In this document: positions 37,927-47,994 of the stretch, in pieces
How positions within the stretch are numbered: the stretch's first letter is position 1
Layout: the number at the start of each line of letters is the position of its first letter
Assembly (NCBI GenBank): GCA_013540605.1
Contig: JABVCK010000029.1
Coordinates: 257,022 to 321,021 of the forward strand
Source: Bacillota bacterium
Lineage (GTDB): Bacteria; Bacillota; Clostridia; Ch29
Direction of reading: 5' to 3'
DNA: 64,000 nucleotides
Notes under the pieces: generated by a model
Seen by the model: the letters and a program-made list of their open reading frames with translations, nothing else
The model's database searches: none
Told to the model about the DNA's origin: nothing
Translations under genes and position numbers: made by a program

Positions 37927-38136
37927 CTTTTTTGTTTCTCCAGGTATTCCTGCAGGGAAGAGTTATCCCTGCATATTATATACAGGTAGTCCAGAATCTC
38001 ATGAATTTTTCCTACAAGGTACAGGCTATTGGGGGTTGTAACTTTGTACATGACATCCTCTCCTGACTCCAAATAGTATCATGTAATAATGTATTCAGGT
38101 TTGAAAAGATTATTCGTATTTGAAAGGGGAAATAAG

Positions 38137-38712
38137 ATGGAAAGGACGATTGAAAGCAAAGAGATTTATAGAGGCAGGATAATCAACCTGAGGGTTGATA
38201 AAGTATCCCTGGAGAACGGAAATACTGCAACCAGGGAAATCGTTGAACATCCGGGAGCGGTATGTATTGCCGCCGTAAAAGATGACAATACTCTTATTTT
38301 TGTAAAGCAGTATAGAAAAGCGGTGGAAGATATGCTTTTGGAACTGCCGGCCGGAAAACTTGAGGATGGTGAAGAACCTGAGGAGTGCGCAAGAAGGGAA
38401 CTCATGGAAGAAACCGGTTACAGGGCAGACAGGGTTAATTATATGTTCAGCTTTTATACTTCTCCCGGATTTGCAAACGAGGCCATGCATCTTTTCTATG
38501 CATCCGGCCTCCAACCCGGCTGTGACAATCAGGATGATGATGAGATGGTTGAGGTTGTGGAGATAGGTATGGACAAAGCACTGGAAATGGCTGTGTCCGG
38601 AGAGATAATGGATGCAAAAACCCTGGTTGGGGTTCTGGCGGTAGCAAGCCTGGGAATGGGTGCAGAAAAAATTCGTCTGACTGGGACCGGCAGGCTGGAG
38701 ACTAAGGAGTAA
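38137..38712 (+). CDS. nudF: ADP-ribose pyrophosphatase (Nudix)
   Basis: Nudix box GKLEDGEEPEECARRELMEETGY. The product is about 190 aa. It sits in the conserved position near spoIIM/xerD. Confidence 0.8.
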   Translation: MERTIESKEIYRGRIINLRVDKVSLENGNTATREIVEHPGAVCIAAVKDDNTLIFVKQYRKAVEDMLLELPAGKLEDGEEPEECARRELMEETGYRADRVNYMFSFYTSPGFANEAMHLFYASGLQPGCDNQDDDEMVEVVEIGMDKALEMAVSGEIMDAKTLVGVLAVASLGMGAEKIRLTGTGRLETKE

Positions 38713-38743
38713 AGGGGAGGGGTTTACGGCAGGATGGCAAAAG

Positions 38744-38778
38744 ATATGGAATAATGGAAGGTAGACGGGCATAACATT
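38744..38778 (+). promoter_or_regulatory. Candidate sigma-E-type promoter for spoIIM
   Basis: GAATAAT, 14-nt spacer, CATAACAT, against the sigma-E consensus kmATATT-N14-CATACAnT. Confidence 0.3.
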
Positions 38779-38828
38779 TACTAGTATAAGACTGGCTAAA
38801 GGTTATGCCCGGAGGTGTTTTTGGGGTG

Positions 38829-39470
38829 ATGTTAAAAAAGGCGATTTTAAAACATATGAAGAGCAACCTGCTGCTTTATTTTATCGTCTTTGTATTTTTT
38901 GTGGGTGGTGTAGCTGCCGGGGCATTTACCGTAGATGCATTGTCAATAACTCAGAGGGAAGAACTCGTCATTTACTTTCAGGGATTTTTCAATGTGTTGG
39001 ATGAAGGGCCTGTACCTTCGGCAGCCGTATTCAAACAATCGCTGAAAAACAACTTTCAGATAGTTGCCTTGAATTGGGTGCTGGGAGTGACGGTAATAGG
39101 CATCCCCGTCATATTGCTTATGGTGGGGCTTAAAGGCTTTGTTATCGGTTTCTCCGTTGGCTTTCTGGCAGAGGAGATGGGCTTCAAAGGCCTGTTTTTT
39201 GCCCTTGCGGCAATTCTCCCGCAAAACATACTACTGGTTCCTTCAATAATCATAAGCGGGGTGTTGGGCATTTCTTTTTCCACTGCAATAATCAAGAGAA
39301 GAAAAGCAAGGCATAAGAAAAGCCTGGCAAGTGAGTTTACGGTTTATTCGCTCAACATGGCTGCAGTTGTGGTCATAGTGGCTGTGGGAGCTTTGATTGA
39401 GGGGTATGTGTCTCCGGTCTTTATGAAACTGTTTGCAAATTCTAGCTATGGACGTCAAATAATTTTGTAA
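38829..39470 (+). CDS. spoIIM: Stage II sporulation protein M
   Basis: Polytopic membrane protein of the SpoIIM family. RBS GGAGGTG lies before ATG 38829. An alternative start is at 38805. Confidence 0.8.
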   Translation: MLKKAILKHMKSNLLLYFIVFVFFVGGVAAGAFTVDALSITQREELVIYFQGFFNVLDEGPVPSAAVFKQSLKNNFQIVALNWVLGVTVIGIPVILLMVGLKGFVIGFSVGFLAEEMGFKGLFFALAAILPQNILLVPSIIISGVLGISFSTAIIKRRKARHKKSLASEFTVYSLNMAAVVVIVAVGALIEGYVSPVFMKLFANSSYGRQIIL

Positions 39471-39597
39471 CACTTGTTTGAAATTTTGTGTTGGTTATTG
39501 AAGGACAAGCTGGGGAGGTGTATAATAATATTTGGGCTGGAAATATTATCAATCAAGTAGTATTTCGGCTCAAATAAAACATAGGGGAGTGTGTTTT

Positions 39598-40713
39598 ATG
39601 ATTATTGGTGTACCAAAGGAGATCAAGGCCAATGAGAACAGGGTCGCTATTACCCCGGCCGGGGTAGAAGCCTTCGTCAGGGCCGGCCATGAGGTTGTGA
39701 TTGAGAAGTCGGCCGGAGTTGGAAGCGGTATAACTGACGAAGAGTATGCGGCAGCCGGTGCAAAAATGCTTGACAGCAACAAAGAAGTATTCGCCAAGGC
39801 TGACATGATTATGAAAGTAAAGGAACCACTACCGCCCGAATACAACCTCTTCAAAGAAAACCAGGTATTATTTACTTATCTGCATCTCGCTCCGGAACCC
39901 GAATTGACAGAAGCATTGCTGGATAAAAAAATAATAGGTATCGCGTATGAAACCGTGCAGCCAAACGACGGCTCGCTGCCTCTTCTCGCGCCTATGAGCG
40001 AGGTTGCAGGCAGAATGGCGGTGCAAATAGGCGCCAGGCTTCTTGAAAAGGTGTTCGGTGGAAGAGGCATGCTGTTGGGCGGCGTACCCGGTGTAGCACC
40101 GGCTAAGGTAGTTATCGTAGGGGGCGGAAATGTCGGCACCAACGCTGCTAAGATGGCAGTTGGCCTTGGCGCGGATGTAACTATCCTTGACATCAGCACA
40201 AAACGCCTTGCCTATCTGGATGACATTTTCGGCAATAAAGTAAAAACCCTTATGTCAAACAGCTATAATATAGCGCAGGCAGTGAAAGGTGCAGACCTGT
40301 TGGTTGGAGCGGTTCTCATACCAGGGGCAAAGACACCAAGGCTTGTGACTGAAGAAATGGTAAAAACTATGAATAAAGGCGGAGTAATTGTAGACGTCGC
40401 AATAGACCAGGGTGGCTCAATAGAGACTATTGACAGGGTAACAACCCATGAAAACCCCACTTACATAAAATACGATGTCGTTCACTATTCGGTGGCAAAT
40501 ATACCCGGTGGTGTACCAAGGACTTCCACATTCGCCCTTACAAATGCAACCCTGCCCTATGCGCTGAAGCTGGCCAACATGGGCGCAGAAGAAGCCATGA
40601 GGGCAGATGTGGCCCTTAAGAGAGGACTTAATGTGTACAAGGGTAAACTTACATTTAAGGCAGTGGCCGATGCCCATGGCCTCGAATATACCGATGCCGA
40701 CGAAGTTCTATAA
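39598..40713 (+). CDS. ald: Alanine dehydrogenase
   Basis: [23 protein letters not shown] start. NAD-binding motif [17 protein letters not shown]. Confidence 0.92.
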   Translation: MIIGVPKEIKANENRVAITPAGVEAFVRAGHEVVIEKSAGVGSGITDEEYAAAGAKMLDSNKEVFAKADMIMKVKEPLPPEYNLFKENQVLFTYLHLAPEPELTEALLDKKIIGIAYETVQPNDGSLPLLAPMSEVAGRMAVQIGARLLEKVFGGRGMLLGGVPGVAPAKVVIVGGGNVGTNAAKMAVGLGADVTILDISTKRLAYLDDIFGNKVKTLMSNSYNIAQAVKGADLLVGAVLIPGAKTPRLVTEEMVKTMNKGGVIVDVAIDQGGSIETIDRVTTHENPTYIKYDVVHYSVANIPGGVPRTSTFALTNATLPYALKLANMGAEEAMRADVALKRGLNVYKGKLTFKAVADAHGLEYTDADEVL

Positions 40714-40717
40714 GGGT

Positions 40718-40752
40718 GAAAAGGCTTTCCTTCGGGAAGGCCTTTTTTTATT
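40718..40752 (+). terminator. Rho-independent terminator after ald
   Basis: AAGGCTTTCC-ttcg-GGAAGGCCTT followed by a T7 run. Confidence 0.8.
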
Positions 40753-40783
40753 GCATAAGAAAGTATGCTTTCTTATGCAATAA
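40748..40783. repeat. Perfect 16-bp inverted repeat (palindrome)
   Basis: TTATTGCATAAGAAAG-tatg-CTTTCTTATGCAATAA, overlapping the ald terminator T-tract. Confidence 0.6.
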
Positions 40784-40828
40784 TGGAGTTAATTAAATTC
40801 ATGATCTATCCGATATAATATATAAGTT

Positions 40829-40967
40829 CTTAGTTGGTAGTTGGTAGTTGGTAGTTCGTAGTTCACAGGCGCCCGGGTTAGGCCTTTGGGGTTTTACCGA
40901 AAAACCTTGCCCTGACGTCTGTCATCTATTAATTGGTAACTATACTCTGGTAACTGGTCACTGAGTG
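40829..40967. repeat. Composite heptamer-repeat intergenic element, copy A
   Basis: The + block reads TAGTTGG x3, TAGTTCG, TAGTTCA, with consensus YAGNNNN. A roughly 48-bp spacer follows. The inverse block reads ...GGTAACTGGTCACTGAG, with consensus NNNNCTR. It fills the whole ald-xerD gap. Confidence 0.7.
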
Positions 40968-41104
40968 AATTATTTTTCAATATAGGGTAATAATAGAATC
41001 AAATGATTTATGTCAATTTGTGAAGGGGTCAATGGAGGATTTTTCACCTTCGCGTTGAAGTATACATAAATGTCTATAAACAAACAAAAGGGGAAACGTA
41101 AAAA

Positions 41105-41992
41105 ATGAATGATCTTCTTGAAAAATTTCTTGTCTACATCAAGGAAGTCAGAAAACTATCGGATAATACGGTGGAGTCTTATGGCCGAGACCTGAGGCAG
41201 TACCTGGAGTACATAGGAAACAAGAGAATTCTCAGCCTCAAGAATACAAACAAAACAACCATTATTACATACCTGCTTTATCTTCAGAAGTTAGGGCGCG
41301 CTACCTCTACAATATCAAGAAATCTTGCTTCCATTCGAGCATTTTACCAGTATCTTGTATCTGAAAGGATTATTGATAGGGATCCCACCATTAACCTGGA
41401 GTCGCCAAAGGTAGAAAAAAAGCTTCCTACAATACTGACAAGCAAGGAGATCGAACTTTTGTTGGAGCAGCCTGATTGCAGCGACAGCAAGGGTATCAGG
41501 GATAAATCGATGCTGGAGTTGTTATACGCTACGGGGATAAGAGTATCCGAACTGGTTGCCCTCAACTACTCGGATGTGAATATAGAACTGGGATATATAA
41601 AGTGCTCTAAGAGCAATGAGAAGGAAAGGGTAATACCCGTAGGAACCATAGCCGTTGAAATGCTCGACAAATATATTAATGACATAAGGCCCTCCATGGT
41701 CAGAGACAAGGCAATAAAGGCACTGTACGTAAACTACCAGGGGAAAAGGCTGACGCGGCAGGGCTTCTGGAAAATTATAAAACACTATACAAACAAGGCA
41801 AAGATAAATAAAGACATAACACCCCATACTTTGCGGCATTCCTTTGCGGCGCATCTGCTGGAAAACGGAGCAGATCTGAAATCTGTACAGGAAATGCTGG
41901 GGCATTCCGATATATCAACAACGCAGATATATACGCAGATTACCAAAAACCGCATCAAAGAAGTATACAAAAAGGCACATCCGAGGGCGTAA
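41105..41992 (+). CDS. xerD: Site-specific tyrosine recombinase XerD
   Basis: Conserved catalytic region HTLRHSFAAHLLENGADLKSVQEMLGHSDISTTQIYTQ. The product is 295 aa. It sits in the conserved position before deoB. Confidence 0.9.
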   Translation: MNDLLEKFLVYIKEVRKLSDNTVESYGRDLRQYLEYIGNKRILSLKNTNKTTIITYLLYLQKLGRATSTISRNLASIRAFYQYLVSERIIDRDPTINLESPKVEKKLPTILTSKEIELLLEQPDCSDSKGIRDKSMLELLYATGIRVSELVALNYSDVNIELGYIKCSKSNEKERVIPVGTIAVEMLDKYINDIRPSMVRDKAIKALYVNYQGKRLTRQGFWKIIKHYTNKAKINKDITPHTLRHSFAAHLLENGADLKSVQEMLGHSDISTTQIYTQITKNRIKEVYKKAHPRA

Positions 41993-42071
41993 AGCCCTTT
42001 TTATTTTTTAACCACATTAAAAGTGGTATAATTTAATAGGGGTATGCCATATATTGGAGACATTCTTTTTA

Positions 42072-42161
42072 TCAGTGACCGGTGACCGGTGACTAGCACC
42101 TAGTACCTGTGATCTGCTAGCTACGGACTACCAACTACCAACTACGAACTACGAACTTAGG
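42072..42161. repeat. Composite heptamer-repeat element, copy B, in inverse orientation relative to copy A
   Basis: CAGTGACCGGTGACCGGTGAC...CTACCAACTACCAACTACGAACTACGAACTTAGG is approximately the reverse complement of copy A. It ends inside the deoB RBS. Confidence 0.7.
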
Positions 42162-42179
42162 AGATGGGAGGGTGAATAT

Positions 42180-43349
42180 ATGATAGGCAGGGTTATATTG
42201 ATTGTAATGGACAGCGTGGGAATTGGAGAACTCCCGGATGCTTGGGAATACGGCGATGAGGGAAGCAATACCCTGGGACATATATACAGCAGTGTGAAGG
42301 GATTTAGGCTGCCGAATATGGAGAGAATGGGATTGGGGAATATTGACGGGATTACTGAAATACCTGGGTGCGAGGAACCGGTCGGATGTTACGGAAAAGC
42401 GGCGGAAATGTCTAAGGGCAAGGATACCACGACCGGCCACTGGGAGATGATGGGAGTAATACTGGATAATCCCTTTCCAACGTATCCAAAGGGTTTCCCC
42501 GGGGATTTGATTATGGAATTTGAAAAACAAATAGGCAGAAGAGTTCTTGGCAATAAAGTTGCGTCGGGAACTGCAATAATTGAAGAACTGGGAGAGGAAC
42601 ATATGGCAACCGGGTTCCCGATAGTTTATACATCCGCCGACAGTGTGTTCCAGATAGCCGCCCATGAGGATGTAATACCCCTGGAGGAGTTGTACAGGAT
42701 ATGCGAGACAGCGCGGGGGTTGCTTGTAGGACAGCACAGGGTTGCAAGGGTCATAGCAAGACCCTTTTCAGGAACCCCCGGCGCCTTTGGCAGAACTTCC
42801 AACCGAAAGGATTATTCGGTTGAACCGCCAAAGAAAACCCTTCTTGACTATGCGGTAGATCAGGGAATAGAAGTGTCAGCCGTAGGCAAGATTGTCGATA
42901 TTTTTAGCGGAAGAGGTATAACCCGTTCTGTGCATACATCGGATAACAGGGATGGTATAGATAAAACAGTTCGCTATCTTGAAACTATCGAGAAGGGAAT
43001 TGTATTTACCAATCTTGTGGATTTTGATATGAGATTCGGACATAGAAACAACGTTGAAGGGTACGCAAAGGCCCTTGTTGAGCTGGACGACGGGTTAACC
43101 TTGATTATGGACAGGATGGGCGACGGGGATATACTCATAATTACGGCTGACCATGGCTGCGACCCGACAACCGAAAGCACAGATCATTCCAGGGAATTCG
43201 TGCCGATACTTGTGTATGGGAAAAAGGCAAAGAGAGGCAATAACCTGGGTATAAGAAAATCCTTCTCGGACATAGGTGCAACAGTGGCAGATGTTTTGGG
43301 TATCAAGAACTACAGCCAGGGTGTGAGCTTTAAAGAAATAATCCTATAA
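42180..43349 (+). CDS. deoB: Phosphopentomutase
   Basis: [21 protein letters not shown] start. Alkaline-phosphatase-like core. The product is 389 aa. Confidence 0.92.
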   Translation: MIGRVILIVMDSVGIGELPDAWEYGDEGSNTLGHIYSSVKGFRLPNMERMGLGNIDGITEIPGCEEPVGCYGKAAEMSKGKDTTTGHWEMMGVILDNPFPTYPKGFPGDLIMEFEKQIGRRVLGNKVASGTAIIEELGEEHMATGFPIVYTSADSVFQIAAHEDVIPLEELYRICETARGLLVGQHRVARVIARPFSGTPGAFGRTSNRKDYSVEPPKKTLLDYAVDQGIEVSAVGKIVDIFSGRGITRSVHTSDNRDGIDKTVRYLETIEKGIVFTNLVDFDMRFGHRNNVEGYAKALVELDDGLTLIMDRMGDGDILIITADHGCDPTTESTDHSREFVPILVYGKKAKRGNNLGIRKSFSDIGATVADVLGIKNYSQGVSFKEIIL

Positions 43350-43364
43350 GCGAGGTAAGAAAAT

Positions 43365-44672
43365 ATGAGAATGTATGACATAATAAAGAAAAAAAGAGAT
43401 GGGGGTCCCTTAACCGGTGAGGAAATAAGATTCTTCGTGGACGGTTATGTTAAGGGGGATATTCCTGATTACCAGGCTTCCGCATTATTGATGGCCATTT
43501 TTTTCAACAGGCTTAACAGGGATGAGACGGCTGTATTGACGCAAGCGATGGCAGATTCCGGTGAGAGTATAGACTTATCATCGGTTAAAGGGATAAAAGT
43601 GGATAAGCATAGTACAGGGGGTGTGGGGGATAAAACCTCCCTGGTGCTCGCACCATTGGTTGCAGCAGCGGGAATACCCGTGGCAAAAATGTCCGGTAGG
43701 GGGTTAGGTCATACCGGAGGTACGATTGACAAACTGGAATCCATACCCGGGTTTAAGGCAGAGATGACAAAGGCCGGTTTTATTAAATCGGTAAACAGCA
43801 TTGGTGTGGCTATAATCGGCCAGACAGGTGATATTGCTCCTGCGGACAAAAAACTTTACGGGCTTAGGGATGTAACGGCAACGGTTGATGATATTTCCCT
43901 CATTGCCAGCAGCATAATGAGCAAGAAACTTGCAGCGGGAGCGGATTGCATCCTGCTGGATGTAAAGGTAGGCAAGGGAGCCTTTATGAAGTCCATGGAC
44001 CAGGCCAGAAAGCTGGCGGAGGTGATGGTGGAGATTGGCAGGGCGGCTCACAGGGAAACCATTGCTGTTATTAGTGATATGGAACAACCTTTGGGTTTCG
44101 CCGTAGGAAATGCGCTGGAGGTTAAGGAAGCCATAGAAACGTTGAAAGGAGAAGGGCCGGAGGATTTTGATAAATTGTGCCGGGAGCTGGGGACACTAAT
44201 GCTGGTGCTTGGAGGAATAACCAGGGATACCTCCGAAGCAAGGGCTATTGTGGATGATTTGATTGCGAGCGGCAGAGCCCTTAACAAGTTCAGGGAATTC
44301 GTCCGAAATCAAGGCGGGGACCCGGAGGTAGCTGACAGGCCGGAAGAAATCCTGCCTATTGCCAAGGATACAGTTAGGATAGCTGCGGATAGGGAGGGGT
44401 ATATCAGTGAACTGCGGGCGGAAGAAATCGGGATATGCGCGATGCACCTAGGCGCGGGAAGGGCTAACAAGGAAGATACGATTGACCCGTCGGTGGGGAT
44501 TGTGATGAACAGAAAGGTTGGAGATTTTGTGAGAGAAGGGGACAGTATCGCAACCCTGTATGTTAACAGAAAGGATAATCTGGATACGGTGATCGACATG
44601 TTCCGGTCATCAATTGGGATTTCAGCGACGCCCGTTTCCAGGATCGAGATAATAAAGGAGATAATCAGATAG
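43365..44672 (+). CDS. pdp: Pyrimidine-nucleoside phosphorylase
   Basis: The glycosyl-transferase family 3 motif STGGVGDK is present. The product is 435 aa and follows deoB. Confidence 0.92.
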   Translation: MRMYDIIKKKRDGGPLTGEEIRFFVDGYVKGDIPDYQASALLMAIFFNRLNRDETAVLTQAMADSGESIDLSSVKGIKVDKHSTGGVGDKTSLVLAPLVAAAGIPVAKMSGRGLGHTGGTIDKLESIPGFKAEMTKAGFIKSVNSIGVAIIGQTGDIAPADKKLYGLRDVTATVDDISLIASSIMSKKLAAGADCILLDVKVGKGAFMKSMDQARKLAEVMVEIGRAAHRETIAVISDMEQPLGFAVGNALEVKEAIETLKGEGPEDFDKLCRELGTLMLVLGGITRDTSEARAIVDDLIASGRALNKFREFVRNQGGDPEVADRPEEILPIAKDTVRIAADREGYISELRAEEIGICAMHLGAGRANKEDTIDPSVGIVMNRKVGDFVREGDSIATLYVNRKDNLDTVIDMFRSSIGISATPVSRIEIIKEIIR

Positions 44673-44805
44673 TGTATATCTTCGTGGAAAAGTGAATATT
44701 CAATGGATATGATTTAACCAGGACCGCATAGGCGGTCTTTTTTTTGAATAACAATATTTTGTAATGGTTAACCTAATAACGAATTACTGTTTTGGAGGGA
44801 CGAAT

Positions 44806-45966
44806 ATGAAAACTAAACCACTCAGATATGCCGTTTTATTAATAATCATTGCCATATCACTATCATGCACGGCGTTTGCGCAGGAGATAAGTATCGATGC
44901 AGGCGGGGCTGTACTTATAGACGCTTCAGGCGGTAGAGTTCTTTTTGAACAGGATGCGCACAAAAAATTGTATCCTGCCAGTGTAACAAAGATAATGACC
45001 CTGTTGATTGCAATGGAAAAGCTGGACGAAGGGCAGATCGGTCTTGAGGACCGGGTTGTAATAAGCAATAATGCGGCTAATATGGGAGGAAGCCAGCTTT
45101 GGATGGAGCCGGGGGAGGTTAAAACGGTTGAGCAATTGCTCAAGGCTATAGCTGTGGCCTCTGGAAACGATGCAAGCGTTGCCCTTGCCGAACATATCGC
45201 GGGAACCCACGAGGCTTTCGTTCAGATGATGAACCAGAGAGCGAAAGAACTCGGCATGGAGAATACCAACTTTGTGAACTGCCACGGACTGCACGATGAA
45301 AACCATTATACGACTGCATACGATGTTGCATTGATGTCAAGGGAACTGGTGAAGCACAAGAAGATATTCGAATTGACAACCATATGGATGGAAGACATTG
45401 ATGTTGGTAAAGAAGGAAGGTTCAAAACCTTCACTATGGTAAATTCAAACAAGCTTCTCAGAAGATACGAAGGTGTTGACGGTTTGAAAACAGGCTCCCA
45501 TTCGCAGGCCAAGTACTGTCTCTCAGCTACAGCCGTAAAGGGCAGCCTGAGGCTGATCGCGGTGGTTATGGGCGCGCCGACATCAGAAATCCGTTTTGCG
45601 GAATCAGCAAAACTGTTAAACTACGGATTTGCACGGTTCAATTCTGTTCCCATTGCCAGCAAGGACGACGTGATTAACCAGTTGAAGGTGTCTAAGGGGA
45701 AAGAGAAGGAGATAAACGTAAAACCAGGCACCGACGTTAACATACTTGTAATTAAAGGGCAGGAAAGCAGCCTTGAAAGGGAAGTTGTGCTCCCCAAAAC
45801 CATAAAAGCGCCCGTGAAGGAAGGCGAGAGGGTAGGGGAAATGCTGATAAAACAGGATGGACAGGTTATAGACAGGATTGAACTGATTTCAGATAGGACT
45901 GTAGAGAAGGCAGGTTTCTTTGAAATGCTCAAGAGATTGATAGTGGACTGGGTCGTACCCGAATGA
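44806..45966 (+). CDS. dacF: D-alanyl-D-alanine carboxypeptidase (S11; DacF-like)
   Basis: Signal peptide present. SxxK is ASVTK and SxN is SGND. The full protein is collinear with PBP5/DacF. Confidence 0.85.
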   Translation: MKTKPLRYAVLLIIIAISLSCTAFAQEISIDAGGAVLIDASGGRVLFEQDAHKKLYPASVTKIMTLLIAMEKLDEGQIGLEDRVVISNNAANMGGSQLWMEPGEVKTVEQLLKAIAVASGNDASVALAEHIAGTHEAFVQMMNQRAKELGMENTNFVNCHGLHDENHYTTAYDVALMSRELVKHKKIFELTTIWMEDIDVGKEGRFKTFTMVNSNKLLRRYEGVDGLKTGSHSQAKYCLSATAVKGSLRLIAVVMGAPTSEIRFAESAKLLNYGFARFNSVPIASKDDVINQLKVSKGKEKEINVKPGTDVNILVIKGQESSLEREVVLPKTIKAPVKEGERVGEMLIKQDGQVIDRIELISDRTVEKAGFFEMLKRLIVDWVVPE

Positions 45967-45977
45967 TAAGAGCAGGC

Positions 45978-46026
45978 AAATGATAAACCACCCGTTTTAC
46001 GTTTTACGGGTGGTTTATCATTTGCG
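45978..46026 (+). terminator. Rho-independent terminator with a 17-bp stem
   Basis: AAATGATAAACCACCCG-ttttacgtttta-CGGGTGGTTTATCATTT. Confidence 0.8.
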
Positions 46027-46085
46027 TATCATTAAATATATGGTAGAATAAAAATATTGGATAAAACCGCGATGGGGCGTCGATT

Positions 46086-47336
46086 ATGGAGAAGATGAAA
46101 AGGATTATAAAAGACCGGCTCCCGGCTGAACTGCAGAAGGTTTTGCAGGATGTCAATGCCGATGTAAAGGATATGGGATACAGGGCATATCTTGTCGGCG
46201 GAGTTGTCAGGGATGTTTTGCTCGGCAACAGAATTGAAGACCTTGACATCGTTGTAGAGGGAGATGCCGTAGAGGCAGCGCGCATTATCGGGGGCAAGTA
46301 TGGCAGTGCCGTTAAGGTTCACAACCGATTTAAAACAGCGACGGCTACTATAGGGCAGAGATGGAAGGCTGATTTTATTACCGCGCGGGAAGAGATATAC
46401 GCAGCTCCCGGCGCCCTCCCGGATATACGCCCGTCCTCCCTCTACAACGATTTGTTTAGACGGGACTTCACGATAAATACCCTCGCAGTATCCCTTGACG
46501 ATTATACCCTGATAGATTATTTCAGGGGATTGGAGGATATTAAGGATAGAAAACTGCGGGTGCTTCACGATAAAAGCTTTATTGACGACCCCACCAGAAT
46601 ATTCAGGTGTTTAAGATTTGAGACACAGCTCCGTTTTGAAATCGAAACAAAAACCAAATCACTGCTGGTGGAAGCGATAGACGCCGGTTTCCCTTTACTA
46701 TTAAGTATTGACCGCCTCAGTAACGAATTTGAACGCTTGTTTGCTGCGAACGAATTTGGCAGAATATTTTTGCGTATGCATGAACTCGGCATCCTTGAAC
46801 AGCTGTTCGATACTGAGTACTCCATTGATAATGTGTGCGAGTTATTGAAAAATGCCCCTGTTCGAGGATGTGAAAGAAAGACGTATATTGCTTTAACGTT
46901 GTTCGATAGTATTGACAGCAAACTGCTGGGATTGATACTTCACAAATATAAGAAGTATTACGAACAGCTTAGCTGCTTAAGAAGAAAGAGGCAGGATATA
47001 TGGAGAAACCATGGGAGCGAGAAACTTGATTTTTCCGAACTTTACGAGCTTTTCAAAAGCGTGGACATGGCAGTGATCAAGTTCCTGATGACGGTGGAAG
47101 ATGAGGCGTTTCAGAAATGCGCGAAGGAATACTGCGAAAAGGTTGTTCGATTCCCTATGCACATAAGCGGAGAAGATTTAAAGGCTCTGGGCTTCGAGCC
47201 GGGCCCTGATCTAGGTGAGATGCTTGAAAGGGCTAAGAAGCTGATTCTTAAAAACAGGATAGAAGGAAAGGATGACCAGATAGAGTATTTAAGAAGTATG
47301 GTAAAAGGGAGTGGTGAACAATGGGATAGGGCTTAG
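46086..47336 (+). CDS. cca: CCA-adding tRNA nucleotidyltransferase (class II, poly(A)-polymerase-like head)
   Basis: GGVVRD and RDFTIN motifs. The product is 416 aa. The upstream promoter is TTGCGT, 16-nt spacer, TGgTAGAAT. Confidence 0.8.
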   Translation: MEKMKRIIKDRLPAELQKVLQDVNADVKDMGYRAYLVGGVVRDVLLGNRIEDLDIVVEGDAVEAARIIGGKYGSAVKVHNRFKTATATIGQRWKADFITAREEIYAAPGALPDIRPSSLYNDLFRRDFTINTLAVSLDDYTLIDYFRGLEDIKDRKLRVLHDKSFIDDPTRIFRCLRFETQLRFEIETKTKSLLVEAIDAGFPLLLSIDRLSNEFERLFAANEFGRIFLRMHELGILEQLFDTEYSIDNVCELLKNAPVRGCERKTYIALTLFDSIDSKLLGLILHKYKKYYEQLSCLRRKRQDIWRNHGSEKLDFSELYELFKSVDMAVIKFLMTVEDEAFQKCAKEYCEKVVRFPMHISGEDLKALGFEPGPDLGEMLERAKKLILKNRIEGKDDQIEYLRSMVKGSGEQWDRA

Positions 47337-47949
47337 AAACATTTTCTTTACCTTACCTGCAATCATTATTGTATTAAGTGTTCATGAGTACAGCCATGCC
47401 AAGGTTGCCGACCTTTTAGGCGACCCAACGCCAAGGAACAGGGGAAGATTGACCCTTAACCCCTTAGCCCATATCGACCCCTTGGGGCTGCTTATGCTTG
47501 TGCTTGTCAGGCTGGGTTGGGCAAAACCCGTACCGACGAATCCAATGTATTATAAGGACCGGAGAAAAGGTACGCTCTATGTATCGTTAGCAGGCCCGCT
47601 GTCAGGCGTTGTACTGGCATTGATTGCGGCGATCCTGCTTGCAGTAAGGTTTCGGTTGGCGTTGGATGTCCCTCTCTGGGTCATTGATTTTCTCAAATCG
47701 ATATACCTGTACGGGCTGATTATTGCGGTGTTCAACCTGATTCCGGTTTATCCGCTGGACGGCTCGAGAATACTGGGCAGCTTGCTGCCTCCCAAAACGG
47801 CATATTCTTTGCAGCAAAACCAGGACAAAATTCAGATTGTCTTTTTGCTGGTGGTTTTTCTGGGGAACAGGCTGCTGTGGGCTGTTCTAAACCCGGTAAT
47901 CGGGATTCTTGATTTTATTATCCAGAGTATTACCAGCTTGATTTATTGA
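47311..47949 (+). CDS. Site-2 protease family (M50) membrane metalloprotease
   Basis: HExxH is HEYSH. A downstream LNLIPVYPLDG motif is present. Polytopic membrane protein with a GTG start. Confidence 0.7.
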   Translation: MVNNGIGLRNIFFTLPAIIIVLSVHEYSHAKVADLLGDPTPRNRGRLTLNPLAHIDPLGLLMLVLVRLGWAKPVPTNPMYYKDRRKGTLYVSLAGPLSGVVLALIAAILLAVRFRLALDVPLWVIDFLKSIYLYGLIIAVFNLIPVYPLDGSRILGSLLPPKTAYSLQQNQDKIQIVFLLVVFLGNRLLWAVLNPVIGILDFIIQSITSLIY

Positions 47950-47994
47950 TATTTTTTTGCTTTAAATATATAATAACTAAAAATAGATTTTACA

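Noticed and set aside
37252-38772. Long minus-strand ORFs (173 aa and 220 aa)
   Set aside because: Antisense to the DUF3866-like and nudF genes, which have clear homology and RBSs.
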